A model generated the notes under the pieces. It saw only the letters and a list, made by a program, of their open reading frames with translations, did not search any database and was not told where the DNA came from. From positions 744,001-808,000 of the forward strand of contig JBHGNT010000006.1 in assembly GCA_043228905.1 (NCBI GenBank): a stretch of DNA of 64,000 nt, read 5' to 3'. This DNA comes from Azolla caroliniana (taxonomy: Eukaryota > Plantae > Polypodiophyta). How positions within the stretch are numbered: position 1 is the stretch's first letter; each line of letters begins with the position of its first letter. The position numbers and the translations under genes were made by a program. Positions 1 through 10,700 of this stretch are shown in pieces.

Positions 1-1473
1 ATATAAAACTTTAGAATCATGTGTATTAGAAATATATGAACATTTAACAAGAAAAAAGAACATGAATGGATAGCATGCATGGAGGTTTAGATCGATGACA
101 TGATATCAATTGTACACCATGATGATAGCACTTTTCGAGAATGGAGGGTTTTCATGGGTTACACAAGCAGCAAACTTTTTAAGGCCCATAAATACACCAT
201 GAACTCATTTCAATCATGGAATTGAGGGTCGAGAAAAGTGAACCCTTCGCTTAAATTAGAGATTATATTCTAATTTTTGAGAGTGACCATTGAGAATATT
301 AAGTGACAATGACATAACAAGGATGAGATAATATAACATAGAAAATGATTTTACCTCCAACTTTATGTGGATACCATATTTCAATCGTTGTGGTCAAGCA
401 CAAAAGATAAAACGACGGATATAGACGAACGGACCGTTGCGACGTGATATAACACATACAAAGATGGATAAAGTTCAATTGATTTCTCATGATTGGGCAC
501 CGAGGATCTCATATATAGAGTGAGAAAACAACTTTGACATATCCAATATGGATTCATATCAAACTATATAACACTCACATGTATAGATGATGCTTTCATG
601 TTGTGTCCATTAGTACGCAATGCATTTTGTTTTCAACCTAATTAATGAGCAAATTTTGATTATTGTAGACATGATATCTCAAAGGGACAACGAAATAACA
701 AGAACAATAATTTGATGGACCAATGTTAGGAGATATAAATAACATATAGAAAGGCAAGGCAATGTTTTGCATATTGTGCATTAGCACATAATGTCTATGT
801 TCCACTTGCATTAAGACGTGGATTCAGAACATTAATATGAAGATGGAGGGACAAAAGGAGGAGGAGGAGGAGGAGGAAAAGAGTAATGACGATAACACTT
901 GATGAGTGGTTGTGACACACATGATAAGGGAAGCAATGGTGTGAGAATCATGCATCATGTCTTGTTTCCTGCCTTTGTTAAGGGAAACTTGGGACAAGGT
1001 ATTGGCAATCACAGGTCCCATGTTTCACGCTCAAGTTACGATCAACACCGATGTCTACTGCGACAACAATGAAGACAAAGAGATAAAAAATGGATATAAT
1101 AGTACCACATGGTTCGAAAAGGCAAGGCTTTTGTCCGGTTCATGGTGTCAATATAAGCATGGATGATGGATGACCTATGAGTAGGTCTTGGTTTCGGGTG
1201 GAGGGATGGGGATTGAAAGTGTGGTGGTTGGGTTCGCTAGAGCCATATGAACCGACATGACCCGAGCCAAAGCGGAGGGGTAGGCGCAACGGCAAGGGCA
1301 AAGGCAAGGCAAGGCAAGAGATGTATGTATGTGTGTATGGGGGTATGTATATATGTATCGTATCTCTGGGACCAAACTGACCAAGTGGCGACAATGGCAC
1401 ACGACCAACAAGACAATGACAATGACAAATGCAACGATGGCGACAACGTGTGTGTGTGAGAGAGAGAGCCTAG

Positions 1474-1545
1474 ATGGATGTAGCTCAATTGGTAAGGTTG
1501 CCCAATGGAGACCAGGTGGTCATGGGTTCAACCCCTACATTCCAC
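1474..1545 (+). other. Degenerate tRNA-like sequence (tRNA pseudogene or tRNA-derived SINE head)
   Basis: Box A-like TAGCTCAATTGGT at 1481 and box B-like GGGTTCAACCCC at ~1524, at tRNA spacing. Acceptor and T stems pair only partly, and no anticodon arm can be assigned. Confidence 0.5.
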
Positions 1546-1727
1546 AGTGGCATCTAGTGAATTAAGAGATATATAAGAAGTATATAAGAAGTTGGTTTCG
1601 AACCCACAACTAACAACTTACCACTAGGGTAAGGTAATTACAATAAAAGAGAGAGAGAGAGAGCGCTTTGCACTTTGCACAGGAACCGTCGCTTAATTAA
1701 TCAAGCGTTCATTCATTTGTTCTTTAA

Positions 1728-1731
<4 letters not shown>

Positions 1732-1760
<29 letters not shown>
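1732..1760. repeat. (GA)n microsatellite upstream of the host gene
   Basis: Direct reading of the sequence. Confidence 0.9.
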
Positions 1761-1763
<3 letters not shown>

Positions 1764-2118
1764 AAGAAACAGGAAAGGAGTTGTTCATTTCCTCTCTTTC
1801 TCTCTGTTTATTGTGTTTTGTTTTGTTCTGCTTGCTTCCTGCTGCTTTCCTGGATATGGCGATTCGTCTGCTTCCTCAGAAACCCTAGAAATCAGTACAG
1901 CTTCCTTCTCCATACGATTTCCTCTCCTCCTATCACGGCCATTACTTCTCCTCCTCATCGGAGCTTCTTTACAGCTCTCGATTTCTGACATTTGCTATTC
2001 TCGAAGTTAAGATCGCAGTCGTCTCTCTTACCATCCCCCGTATTTACATTCTTCTTTCTTCCTCTGGCATTAAAAATCTCTGAGAGAAGAAAGGAAGCTC
2101 CGTTTCTTCTCCTTTTGG

Positions 2119-2223
2119 ATGCAGGGATGCTCCGCCATGGCCACCAGTGAGGCCAGGGACACGGCTGCAGCGATCAACGCAGCCATATCTTCTGCAGGAC
2201 CTCGTTATCAATCTCATCAAGAG
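2119..2223 (+). CDS. Exon 1 of a Ser/Pro-rich protein, At1g76660/At5g52430 family (often annotated hydroxyproline-rich glycoprotein family)
   Basis: ATG at 2119, with an in-frame ATG at 2137 in a strong GCCATGG context. Encodes DTAAAINAAISSA, resembling the family N-terminal motif. Phase-0 GT donor at 2224. Confidence 0.75.
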
Positions 2224-2511
2224 GTATTTATTTCTCTTCCCACAATTGTTTTTCGCTTCAATTTACATTTCATCTCGGTTCCACACGTTTGGGATGGGAT
2301 CTGTAAGATTTTCTTGCCCCCGCTATTATGCTATTGGAGATGCTCTACGGAACAGTGAATGATGGGTATGTGAAATCAGGGGATTCATGTTGAAAGGGAA
2401 AACTGGACCCTGTCTTTAGCTCAGATTTTAGTTTCTGAGTGTCCGAGAAAAGAGAAAGAGAGAAAAGACGTGAAAGAAATGGTTTCTAATTTTGAGCTCA
2501 GAATCCTGTAT

Positions 2512-2512
<1 letters not shown>

Positions 2513-2558
<46 letters not shown>
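2513..2558. repeat. (GA)n microsatellite in the intron
   Basis: Direct reading of the sequence. Confidence 0.9.
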
Positions 2559-2560
<2 letters not shown>

Positions 2561-3010
2561 GATGACAAGGTAATGGTTGCTCATCTTCATCTCAGGTTTC
2601 TGTGTCTTGAGAGCTAGAAACAGAAAGAACAAGAAGAAAATGGTGGAGCATATTAGGATCAGATTTCTGTAATTGAGATATGAGAATCAGAATGAGAGAT
2701 GTTTTTTTTAGAGGTTCAGATTTCTGTATTTGAGATCTGAGAATAACAAGGAAAAATATTTCTGTGTCCTTTTCGATGTATAGTTGCATATGAGTTGGAC
2801 TAGGTATTGGTGTTTTCTGTGTCAGAAGTGATGAGAATGGAGCAATGGAGTTTCTCCCTTGGTAATTTGAGAGCATTATGGAGATTTCGTGGTCTAATTT
2901 TCACAGGAGTTTGAAAGGGTGTAAAGCCAGGGATGTGTGTTTTTAAACTCCTGTGAAGAGATGGGAAAGGAAATGGCTTCTCATTAGACAGTTTTTTGTC
3001 TTTCTTTCAG

Positions 3011-4027
3011 CGAAGTTGGAAAGGGTATTGGACGAGATACTGGTGTTTCAAATCTCAGAAGAGGGAGAAGAGGATAGCCCCTGCAGCAAGGTCAGAGGGG
3101 GCTAGTGGACCAGTTCAGGGATGGCCTTCTACGCAAGGTGGCCTGGCATTAGCTCCACCATCTTCACCAGCATCCTTCATCAATTCATCTGCACAATCTC
3201 CTGCAAGCTTTTCTCTTTCACTATCTGCAGTATCAGGAAGCATGTGTTCGCCTGGACCTCCAAATACAATGTTCACTATAGGACCCTACGCACACGAAAC
3301 ACAACTTGTTTCACCCCCTGTCTTCTCGACATTTACTACTGAGCCTTCGACAGCCCCTTTCACACCCCCTCCTGAGCTAGCTCACCTTACCACACCTTCC
3401 TCTCCTGATGTGCCTTTTGCTCAGTATATTGCTTCTTCTCTGGAGGCCAAGACAGTGTCGAGAAGAGACACCTCCACCATCTTCTCTCCGCTTTCAACAT
3501 CAACATTTGCGTCTCCTTGCGACACCCCTGCTTGCTACACGCCTCCATCGGGCCATTTCTACTTAGGAAGCCCTGTCGGGAGGCTCATATCTCCAAGCTT
3601 TGCTTACTCGAGCCGTGATTTCCCATCCTATGAGAAAGATGACAGAGATGAAAGTTACATGAAGGATGTGGCTTGTTCGAACACATACTTTGGCTCTTCA
3701 TCGTTCCCTTGCTTTGACCCGTTCACTGCCTCGAACCTTGACAAAGTTCCTTTTGCAGCTCTTATTCTACCTTGTGATACTACAACGATCATGAAGAGTG
3801 ACACGACCTTGAAAACCATCAGCCATGACAATTGTCCATCAGAGGCAAGTCTGATGCACACTGGTCTAAATTGTGGACAAGATGGTCCTTTGTTGCTTAG
3901 TGAAGCTGATGATCAGACCCTGAAATCTGAAGGGGAACTTTCTGCTCTCCATCTTCAGATGGGGTATGCTACTAGAAGCATGGTATCAGAGCTGTGTGGG
4001 AGCTACAATATCAGCACTGATGATTAA
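3011..4027 (+). CDS. Exon 2 of the At1g76660/At5g52430-family protein (~373 aa in total from ATG 2119)
   Basis: Pyrimidine tract plus CAG acceptor ending at 3010, in phase with exon 1. Family motifs YWCF..QK..KRI, APPSSPASF, GPYAHETQLVSPPVFSTFTTEPSTAPFTPPPELAHLTTPSSPDVPFA and GSPVGRLISP. TAA at 4025-4027. Confidence 0.9.
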   Translation, partial: RSWKGYWTRYWCFKSQKREKRIAPAARSEGASGPVQGWPSTQGGLALAPPSSPASFINSSAQSPASFSLSLSAVSGSMCSPGPPNTMFTIGPYAHETQLVSPPVFSTFTTEPSTAPFTPPPELAHLTTPSSPDVPFAQYIASSLEAKTVSRRDTSTIFSPLSTSTFASPCDTPACYTPPSGHFYLGSPVGRLISPSFAYSSRDFPSYEKDDRDESYMKDVACSNTYFGSSSFPCFDPFTASNLDKVPFAALILPCDTTTIMKSDTTLKTISHDNCPSEASLMHTGLNCGQDGPLLLSEADDQTLKSEGELSALHLQMGYATRSMVSELCGSYNISTDD

Positions 4028-4366
4028 GTGTGTTTGTTATTGAACTTTCTTTGATCTTGTGTATTATGGCGTGTAAAGTGTGGGAAGACAACGTTGCTTG
4101 GCATGAATGCGTAAAAATGTTTTAATTGTGCATATATTTAGTAGGTGCTTCCTCAGACATGTCAAAAGGTTGTTCTTTCATTTATACCATAGTAATCCTG
4201 ATTGGATAAGGAAGTATGTGTTTCAGAGAATATCTTTATTGATATCCTTCTTCCTCATCTATCTGGAACCCAAAGAGATCAAGTTATTTATGTTTACTTA
4301 ATGTTGTTTTTGTAATGTGGCTGGAGGGTAGCTCCTGCACACTTGCCGTTGATGGTGTGTTTTTTT

Positions 4367-4368
<2 letters not shown>

Positions 4369-4405
<37 letters not shown>
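4369..4405. repeat. (AC)n microsatellite
   Basis: Direct reading of the sequence. Confidence 0.9.
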
Positions 4406-4406
<1 letters not shown>

Positions 4407-6493
4407 CATTGTTATGGTGTATTGCTCTTTAGTAAGTAGCATGTCAATAACCTGCTGTGTTGCTGGTTTGGGTTCTTTTGCATCTCATATTTTGGTTGTC
4501 TTAGATTTGTGATGGTATACTGTACAAACAAAACTGTAAGTCAACAGATGAAGTTTGATCCATAGTCGTAAATTGAGTTGGGTTAAGATCAAGGTGAAGA
4601 AGGCTAAGATATCAAGGATTTTGTTGAGCCAATGAAACATGATATGATGAACAATTTTGTTTGGAGTCCCTCATGTACAATGATGACCAATACTAAATTT
4701 ACAAGGATCAATAATTAAACCCAAGTATCTCAACCCCAATCGCTCTTTGATACCTTGTAAGGAGTTCAGATTCCATTGGCAACCTTTTATGCTAATGTAT
4801 AATCTCTTCTTGATTCATCTATATAAATGAGCATTCATGTGCATGAAGTGATTCAATTAAATTTAGGAAAAATATAAGGATTAGCTCTTGTGGCAACAGC
4901 AGGGTCGATATCTCTAAACTACCCTTGCTAATACGAAAACATCAAATTTGTATTCTTTTCATATAAATACTCGTGAATGAATATGACCTTTAAGTAGTAA
5001 ATGATCTTAGGAAAATGACGTCAATATTTATAATGACTTCTATGTTAGATTTTTGAGTAGTATAAAAAGTCATGGCTGATTACAATGGTTAAGACAATCA
5101 TAGATTTCTTCTAACTTGGACCAACAATTCATATTGAAAAAAGTTCAGAGAAATAAGGGTCACAATACTCACAAATTACGAGTGTTTTACGTTTGAGCCT
5201 TACTCATTTTGTGTTAGTAGCAAGGAAATTTGGCAAAGTGCTTTACATTTCTTGTAATGTAAATGTATTTAATGCCAACTTTCCTAAAGACATTCATAAT
5301 TTAAAAGAAATACAATAGTCCAAGGTGTACTAATGGATTTTGACATTGTTTATGAGTGACATAAGAACACGACCCCCTTTAGATGGTAGGACCCAATTGT
5401 TATCTTATCTCTTATGTGTTGTAAGCTAAGTGAGTTTTTACACTATGCCTTCGATATTTCTTTCTATGCTATTAATGTAAAGAGAAACTCCAATAGTGAT
5501 GCCCAAGTGGAGCATGGGAAACCTTTGACGTTTCAAGTCCCATTTGGGCAATAATATCACATGACATCGTGCACATATTAATAGTGTTATAACCAAGGAT
5601 TACATGTTACCTAACACTCATGAAATGATGCATGAACACAATATACTCAAATACATTAAAACCAAAAGAGCTTGAGCAATGCTAAATTTGTATGATAGTC
5701 ATTAGGGGTCAAATAAACGTTGTTGCTCATATGAGTAGTAACGGCTTAAATTACACTCAGAAAAGAAGTATCAGTAAGATAATCATTTTTTTACTTAAAA
5801 ATTTGATCGATGTGATCCCCAACCCCCTCAAAAAAGCTCATGTCCATTATTTTCTATTTTATTAAATTTTCCATTTCCATATTTAGTAGTATGTAGGAAG
5901 AGTAATTGGATCATGGAAAGTGAACAACATAATTATGAAAATTAAAGGGTAAAAATAGTGGACATCATGTTGTTTAGCCTTGGGCGTGCTTTTTAGCCTT
6001 CATGGAAAGTTGGCCTCAAATATATGAAAATATTAAGTAAATGAATAACTCAGACAAAAACGGAGTTTAGGATGGCCCTTAGGACCAATAAACTACACAT
6101 ACAAGTGCCGGTGGAGGGAGGGGTTTTACGTGATAGAATAAATAATACTAATGTGACTCTTCTAGGTGTGATGCTTAAATTGCACATATTTCTTTGAGAA
6201 GGTTTCTATCTCCATACTGAGAACACGTCATGCACTGAGGGTGTTGTCTACCCTATTGTTGACGAGATGAATAAAAGTAGTGACCAATCACTCTCAAGCC
6301 ACACGTGATTGTATTAAATCCAAGCTCATCTCACTAGAATCTAACTTAATTAAGAAACACATACGCTTTGTGTCCACTTAACGGAACTCTCAAACACATG
6401 AAAAGAGAAGGAAATCTAATTAAAATGTAGCATGTTTTAATAAATCAAACACTACATTTATATACAAGGTTAGTTAGCTCATGTCACTAGTAA

Positions 6494-6495
<2 letters not shown>

Positions 6496-6533
<38 letters not shown>

Positions 6534-6543
6534 AGAGAGAGAG
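6496..6543. repeat. (GT)n/(GA)n compound microsatellite
   Basis: Direct reading of the sequence. Confidence 0.9.
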
Positions 6544-7038
6544 TTCAAGGTTGTTGAGGTGGGAAGGTAAACAAATTCTTAACCTTCAATTTAATCGGAT
6601 GGCTAGATTGGGTTTGGTAACAATTAAGGATGCTATGTTGGTGTCACAAAGAAGATTAATGGCCTTTCGAACAATAAGATCACCATTTCGTATTCCAAAA
6701 GGTTATACCTTTATTTGGGATAAGCTGCAAGAAATACTATCATAGTCATGGGGAATATGAAACTCATTAGTTATATGTCATAGAATATGATTCTATGACA
6801 TATAGTTAATGTGTAGAGAGTAGTGGTGCGACTCTTAACCTTTGAGTGATCATAGATTCTCAAAGGGTGTGTTCACACGTTGCACTAGTTTGAGCTTGAT
6901 TCTCAACACGCCCCCTCAAGCTCAACTCGGGTCGATTCCTTTCGGTTGATGTCTGCTTCGCCTTGTATCCGATTCATGTTGGGATTTCGGTCCCTCCAGA
7001 TGGGATGTCCGGAGATGAATGACGGCAAGCCCGGTTGC

Positions 7039-7206
7039 GGTTACGGAGCCGGATGACGAAGACCCCGGCTACGGAGCCGGATGATGAATACCCCGGCTAC
7101 GGAGCCGGATGACGAAGACCCTGGCTACGGAGCCGGATGATGAATACCCCGGCTACGGAGCCGGATGATGAAGACCCCGGTTACGGAGCCGGATGACGAA
7201 TGTACC
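7039..7206 (+). repeat. Six 28-bp tandem repeats in the T1 LTR U3 (also at 11848-12015)
   Basis: Unit GGYTACGGAGCCGGATGAYGAAKACCCC starting at 7039, 7067, 7095, 7123, 7151 and 7179. Confidence 0.93.
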
Positions 7207-7716
7207 CGGAGAAAGATCCGGATGCGGGGACATATTTGTGAATATGTTTGCCAAGAGCCCTTGAGGCTATATTTGTAAATAGCCCGAAAGTCATATGTGT
7301 ATAAATATGACTTAGGGCAAACAGTTTGTTGTTGTTGCTCATTTTCTGTTTTCCACTGAGAGGAAGCGAAGTGAGAGCAGCCGAGAGAGAGTGAGAGAGT
7401 GAGAGAGAAAGAGGAAGGAAGAGGTCGACGCCTCTGTGTAATACCGCCGCCTGTGGCGAGGACAGCGAGCTCAAGGTCGTCGCTTTGCAGCTCGCCATTG
7501 TACATTCCCCGCGTATAGTGATAGTTGGAGTCTTGCACTCCCGTGGTTTTTTTCCCATTTAGGGTTTTCCACGTAAAACATCCAGTGTACCCTTCTCTCT
7601 CCATTGTTTTCGTGCATTCTTGTATTTCCCGCTTTCTGTGAATCGAACCTGTTCCTCGGTTGTGGCCGAGCACTGTTTTTCAACAAAGTGGTATCAGAGC
7701 GACGGTAACACAGAAA

Positions 7717-10700
7717 ATGGAAGGCGGCGGTAGTGGGCCTCCGGGCATGATGGTGTTGAACTCACAGAACTATGCTGACTGGAAGATAAAGATGGAAGAC
7801 CTTCTCATCGTCCGAGACCTGTATGAACCGATCGACAATGCCGAGATACCCAAGGGGGTAATAGAGTCGGAATGGAGGCTTCTGAACCGGAAAGCCGTTG
7901 CAACCATTCGGCAATACGTCGACGTGAGCGTTCTACAACATGTGGCGAACGACACCAACGCATATGAGATGTGGCGGAAGCTGTCGGGCCTCTACGAGAG
8001 AAAAAATGCGTTGAACCGGACCTCCCTGATGAGGAAGATAGTGAACCTCAAGTACCGAGACGGCGAGAGTATGGTGGAACACGTAAGCACGTTCATGGGA
8101 TTCGTGAATCAGCTTGCGGCGATCAAGTTCCCGTTGGAGGATGCAATGCAAGCCATCATCCTGATGTGTACATTGCCGGAGAGCTGGGAGAACTTGGTGG
8201 TGACTCTCAGCACCTCCTGCACCGAAGATAACTTGTCTCTACAAACGGTAAAGACAAGTATTTTGAACGAAGAAGCGCGTCGAAGAGATAAAGAACCGGC
8301 CTCCGACTCGAAGGCGCTGCTTACCGAATCGGAACGGGGAAGACAATGGAACCGGAGTCCGCAAAGACGGGAGAAGTCGGGGACCCGGTCGCAGTCAAGA
8401 GGAAGACCCACATGCTTCCACTGTGGGAAGCCGGGGCACTTCCGGAAGAATTGTCGGCATTACCGAAAGGACAATGGAGCCGACGACACCGATTCGAAGA
8501 AGTCACCGGAGAGAAACGGTGCATACCGGGGAGCCACGGACCGGAGAGGGCAGGACCGGAAAGGAACGACGGCACTCGCGGCAAGTGAGGAAGAAATCAT
8601 GCTCATCACCGAAGAAGGTGAACTAAACATTGCCGGCGATGAGACGACCTGGGTGGTCGATTCCGGAGCATCGTTCCACCTGACCCCGGAGAGAAGATAC
8701 TTCTCATCCTACACAGCCGGTGAACATGGCTGTGTTCGGATGGGAAATGAAGGTACGTGCCGGATTGCCGGCATAGGAGACGTGTGGCTGATGACATCAA
8801 CCGGATGCAAGATGCTGCTGAAGGATGTCCGTCACGTTCCGGAGGTTCGATTGAACCTGATTTCGGCCGGAAGGCTAGACGACGAAGGCTACACAGGTAG
8901 CATCCGGAACGGCGTAATGAAGTTCAGCAAGGGGAGCCTGATAGTGGCTCGGGCCCGGAAAGTCAACACACTGTACCTGATGAATGCCCGGTTATGTCCG
9001 GAAGAGCTGAATGTGGCAGCCGACACTGCCGGTGAGCTGTGGCACAAAAGACTGTGCCACATGAGTGAGAAGGGGATGAAGAGGCTTGCAGAAGACAACC
9101 TTATTCCGGTGAAGCATGTGCACCTGGAGAAGTGCACCGATTGCCTGGCCGGTAAGCAAAACCGGACCTCCTTCCACTCAAGGCCACCGACGAGACGTAG
9201 CGCACCATTGGAGTTGGTGCACACCGACGTGTGTCAGGTAGAAACGAAGTCACATGGCGGAGCCCAGTACTTCGTAACATTCATAGATGATCACAGCCGA
9301 AGACTGTGGACGGCATCGTTGAAGACAAAGGACCAAGTATTGTCTGTCTTCAAAGAACTCCACGCGAGAGTGGAAAGGGAATCCGGCAAGAAGCTGAAAG
9401 CGATACGAGCGGATAACGGAGGGGAATACCGGGGGCAGTTCCAGGAGTACTGTCGCTCGAAGGGAATCCGGCTCGAGTTTACTGTGCCGAAGACGCCGGA
9501 ACTGAACGGGCTGGCGGAGAGGATGAACCGGACCATAATGGAGAGGGTCCGGAGTATGCTTGCACATGCGAAATTACCCAAGGGATTTTGGGCTGAGGCA
9601 ATGTCGACGACGACGTATGTGATAAACCGATCACCCTCAGTACCTTTGGACGGAGACACGCCGCAGAAAGTGTGGACCGGTAAGGAAGTGTCCTACCGGC
9701 ATCTGAAGGTGTTCGGGTGTCTCGCATACGTGCATGTGGCAAAGGACCGGAGAGGAAAGCTAGATCCAAAGACCCGGCCATGCATATTCCTCGGTTACGG
9801 CGACGACGAGTTCGGCTACCGAGTATGGGACCCGGTCGACAAGAAGATATTCAGGAGTCGAGATATCATCTTCATGGAGGACAAGACACTCGCCGACTGG
9901 GAGTCGGAGAAGAAGATGAAGAACTCCAAGTCGACCAGTGAGGATCAACTCTACGAGGAGCAGTCCCGACCGGCAAGGGACCGGTTAGCACTCGAGGATC
10001 CGGCCGAAGACGGTGAAGAAACAGAACCGGCCGAAGAAGATGAAAATGATACCGGAACCGGCCCCGATCCCGAAATGGATTCGGATGAAGAAGAATCGGA
10101 AGAACCGGTTACCGAAGCTCCGGAACGGAGATATCCTCTAAGAGAGAGAAGGGCCCCCCGGAGATTTCCGGAACCAGAGCACGTGCTGCTAACCGACGAG
10201 GGGGAGCCGGAGAGCTTTGAAGAAGCAAAACATGACACCCAGAGCCGCAGGTGGTTGAGTGCCATGCAGGATGAGATGGATTCCCTGCATGAGAACCACA
10301 CATATGAACTTGTGGAGTTGCCGAAAGGAAAGCGGGCACTTCGAAACAAGTGGGTGTTCAAGCTGAAACCGGGAGATGCCGGAAACCCCCCGAGATACAA
10401 AGCCAGGATCGTGGTGAAGGGGTTCCAGCAGAAGAAGGGCGTCGACTTCGACGAGATATTTGCCCCGGTAGTGAAGATGACCTCCATCCGGACGGTGCTG
10501 AGCATAGCGGCAAGTATGGACCTCGAGGTAGAACAGATGGACGTGAAGACGGCATTCCTTCACGGTGACCTCGAAGAAGAGATCTACATGCAGCAACCGG
10601 AAGGATTCGAGAAGAAAGGGAAGGAGCACCTGGTATGCCGGTTGAAGAAGAGCCTTTACGGACTGAAGCAAGCTCCCCGGCAATGGTACCGGAAGTTCGA

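Noticed and set aside
957-1460. Short ORFs upstream of the gene
   Set aside because: No recognisable domain; partly built from simple repeats (GGCAA, GACAAT, GT/GA).
1474-1545. Functional tRNA gene
   Set aside because: Acceptor, anticodon and T stems do not pair properly; kept only as a tRNA-like remnant.
2996-3010. TTG start of the 343-aa ORF
   Set aside because: It lies in the intron's pyrimidine tract and acceptor; the real start is in exon 1.
4743-4760. Degenerate reverse Met-PBS (CTCTTTGATACC-TTGT) suggesting another old Copia
   Set aside because: No matching LTR, TSD or coding motif could be recovered.
6486-6496. CACTAGTAAAA, CACTA-like terminus
   Set aside because: No matching inverted terminus with a 3-bp TSD or subterminal repeats.
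7039-7206. CRISPR-like array
   Set aside because: Head-to-tail repeats without unique spacers, inside eukaryotic LTRs, and no cas genes.
7125-7673. 182-aa antisense ORF (also 11934-12482) and other duplicated ORFs in LTRs
   Set aside because: Duplicated only because LTRs are duplicated; non-ATG starts and microsatellite-derived residues.
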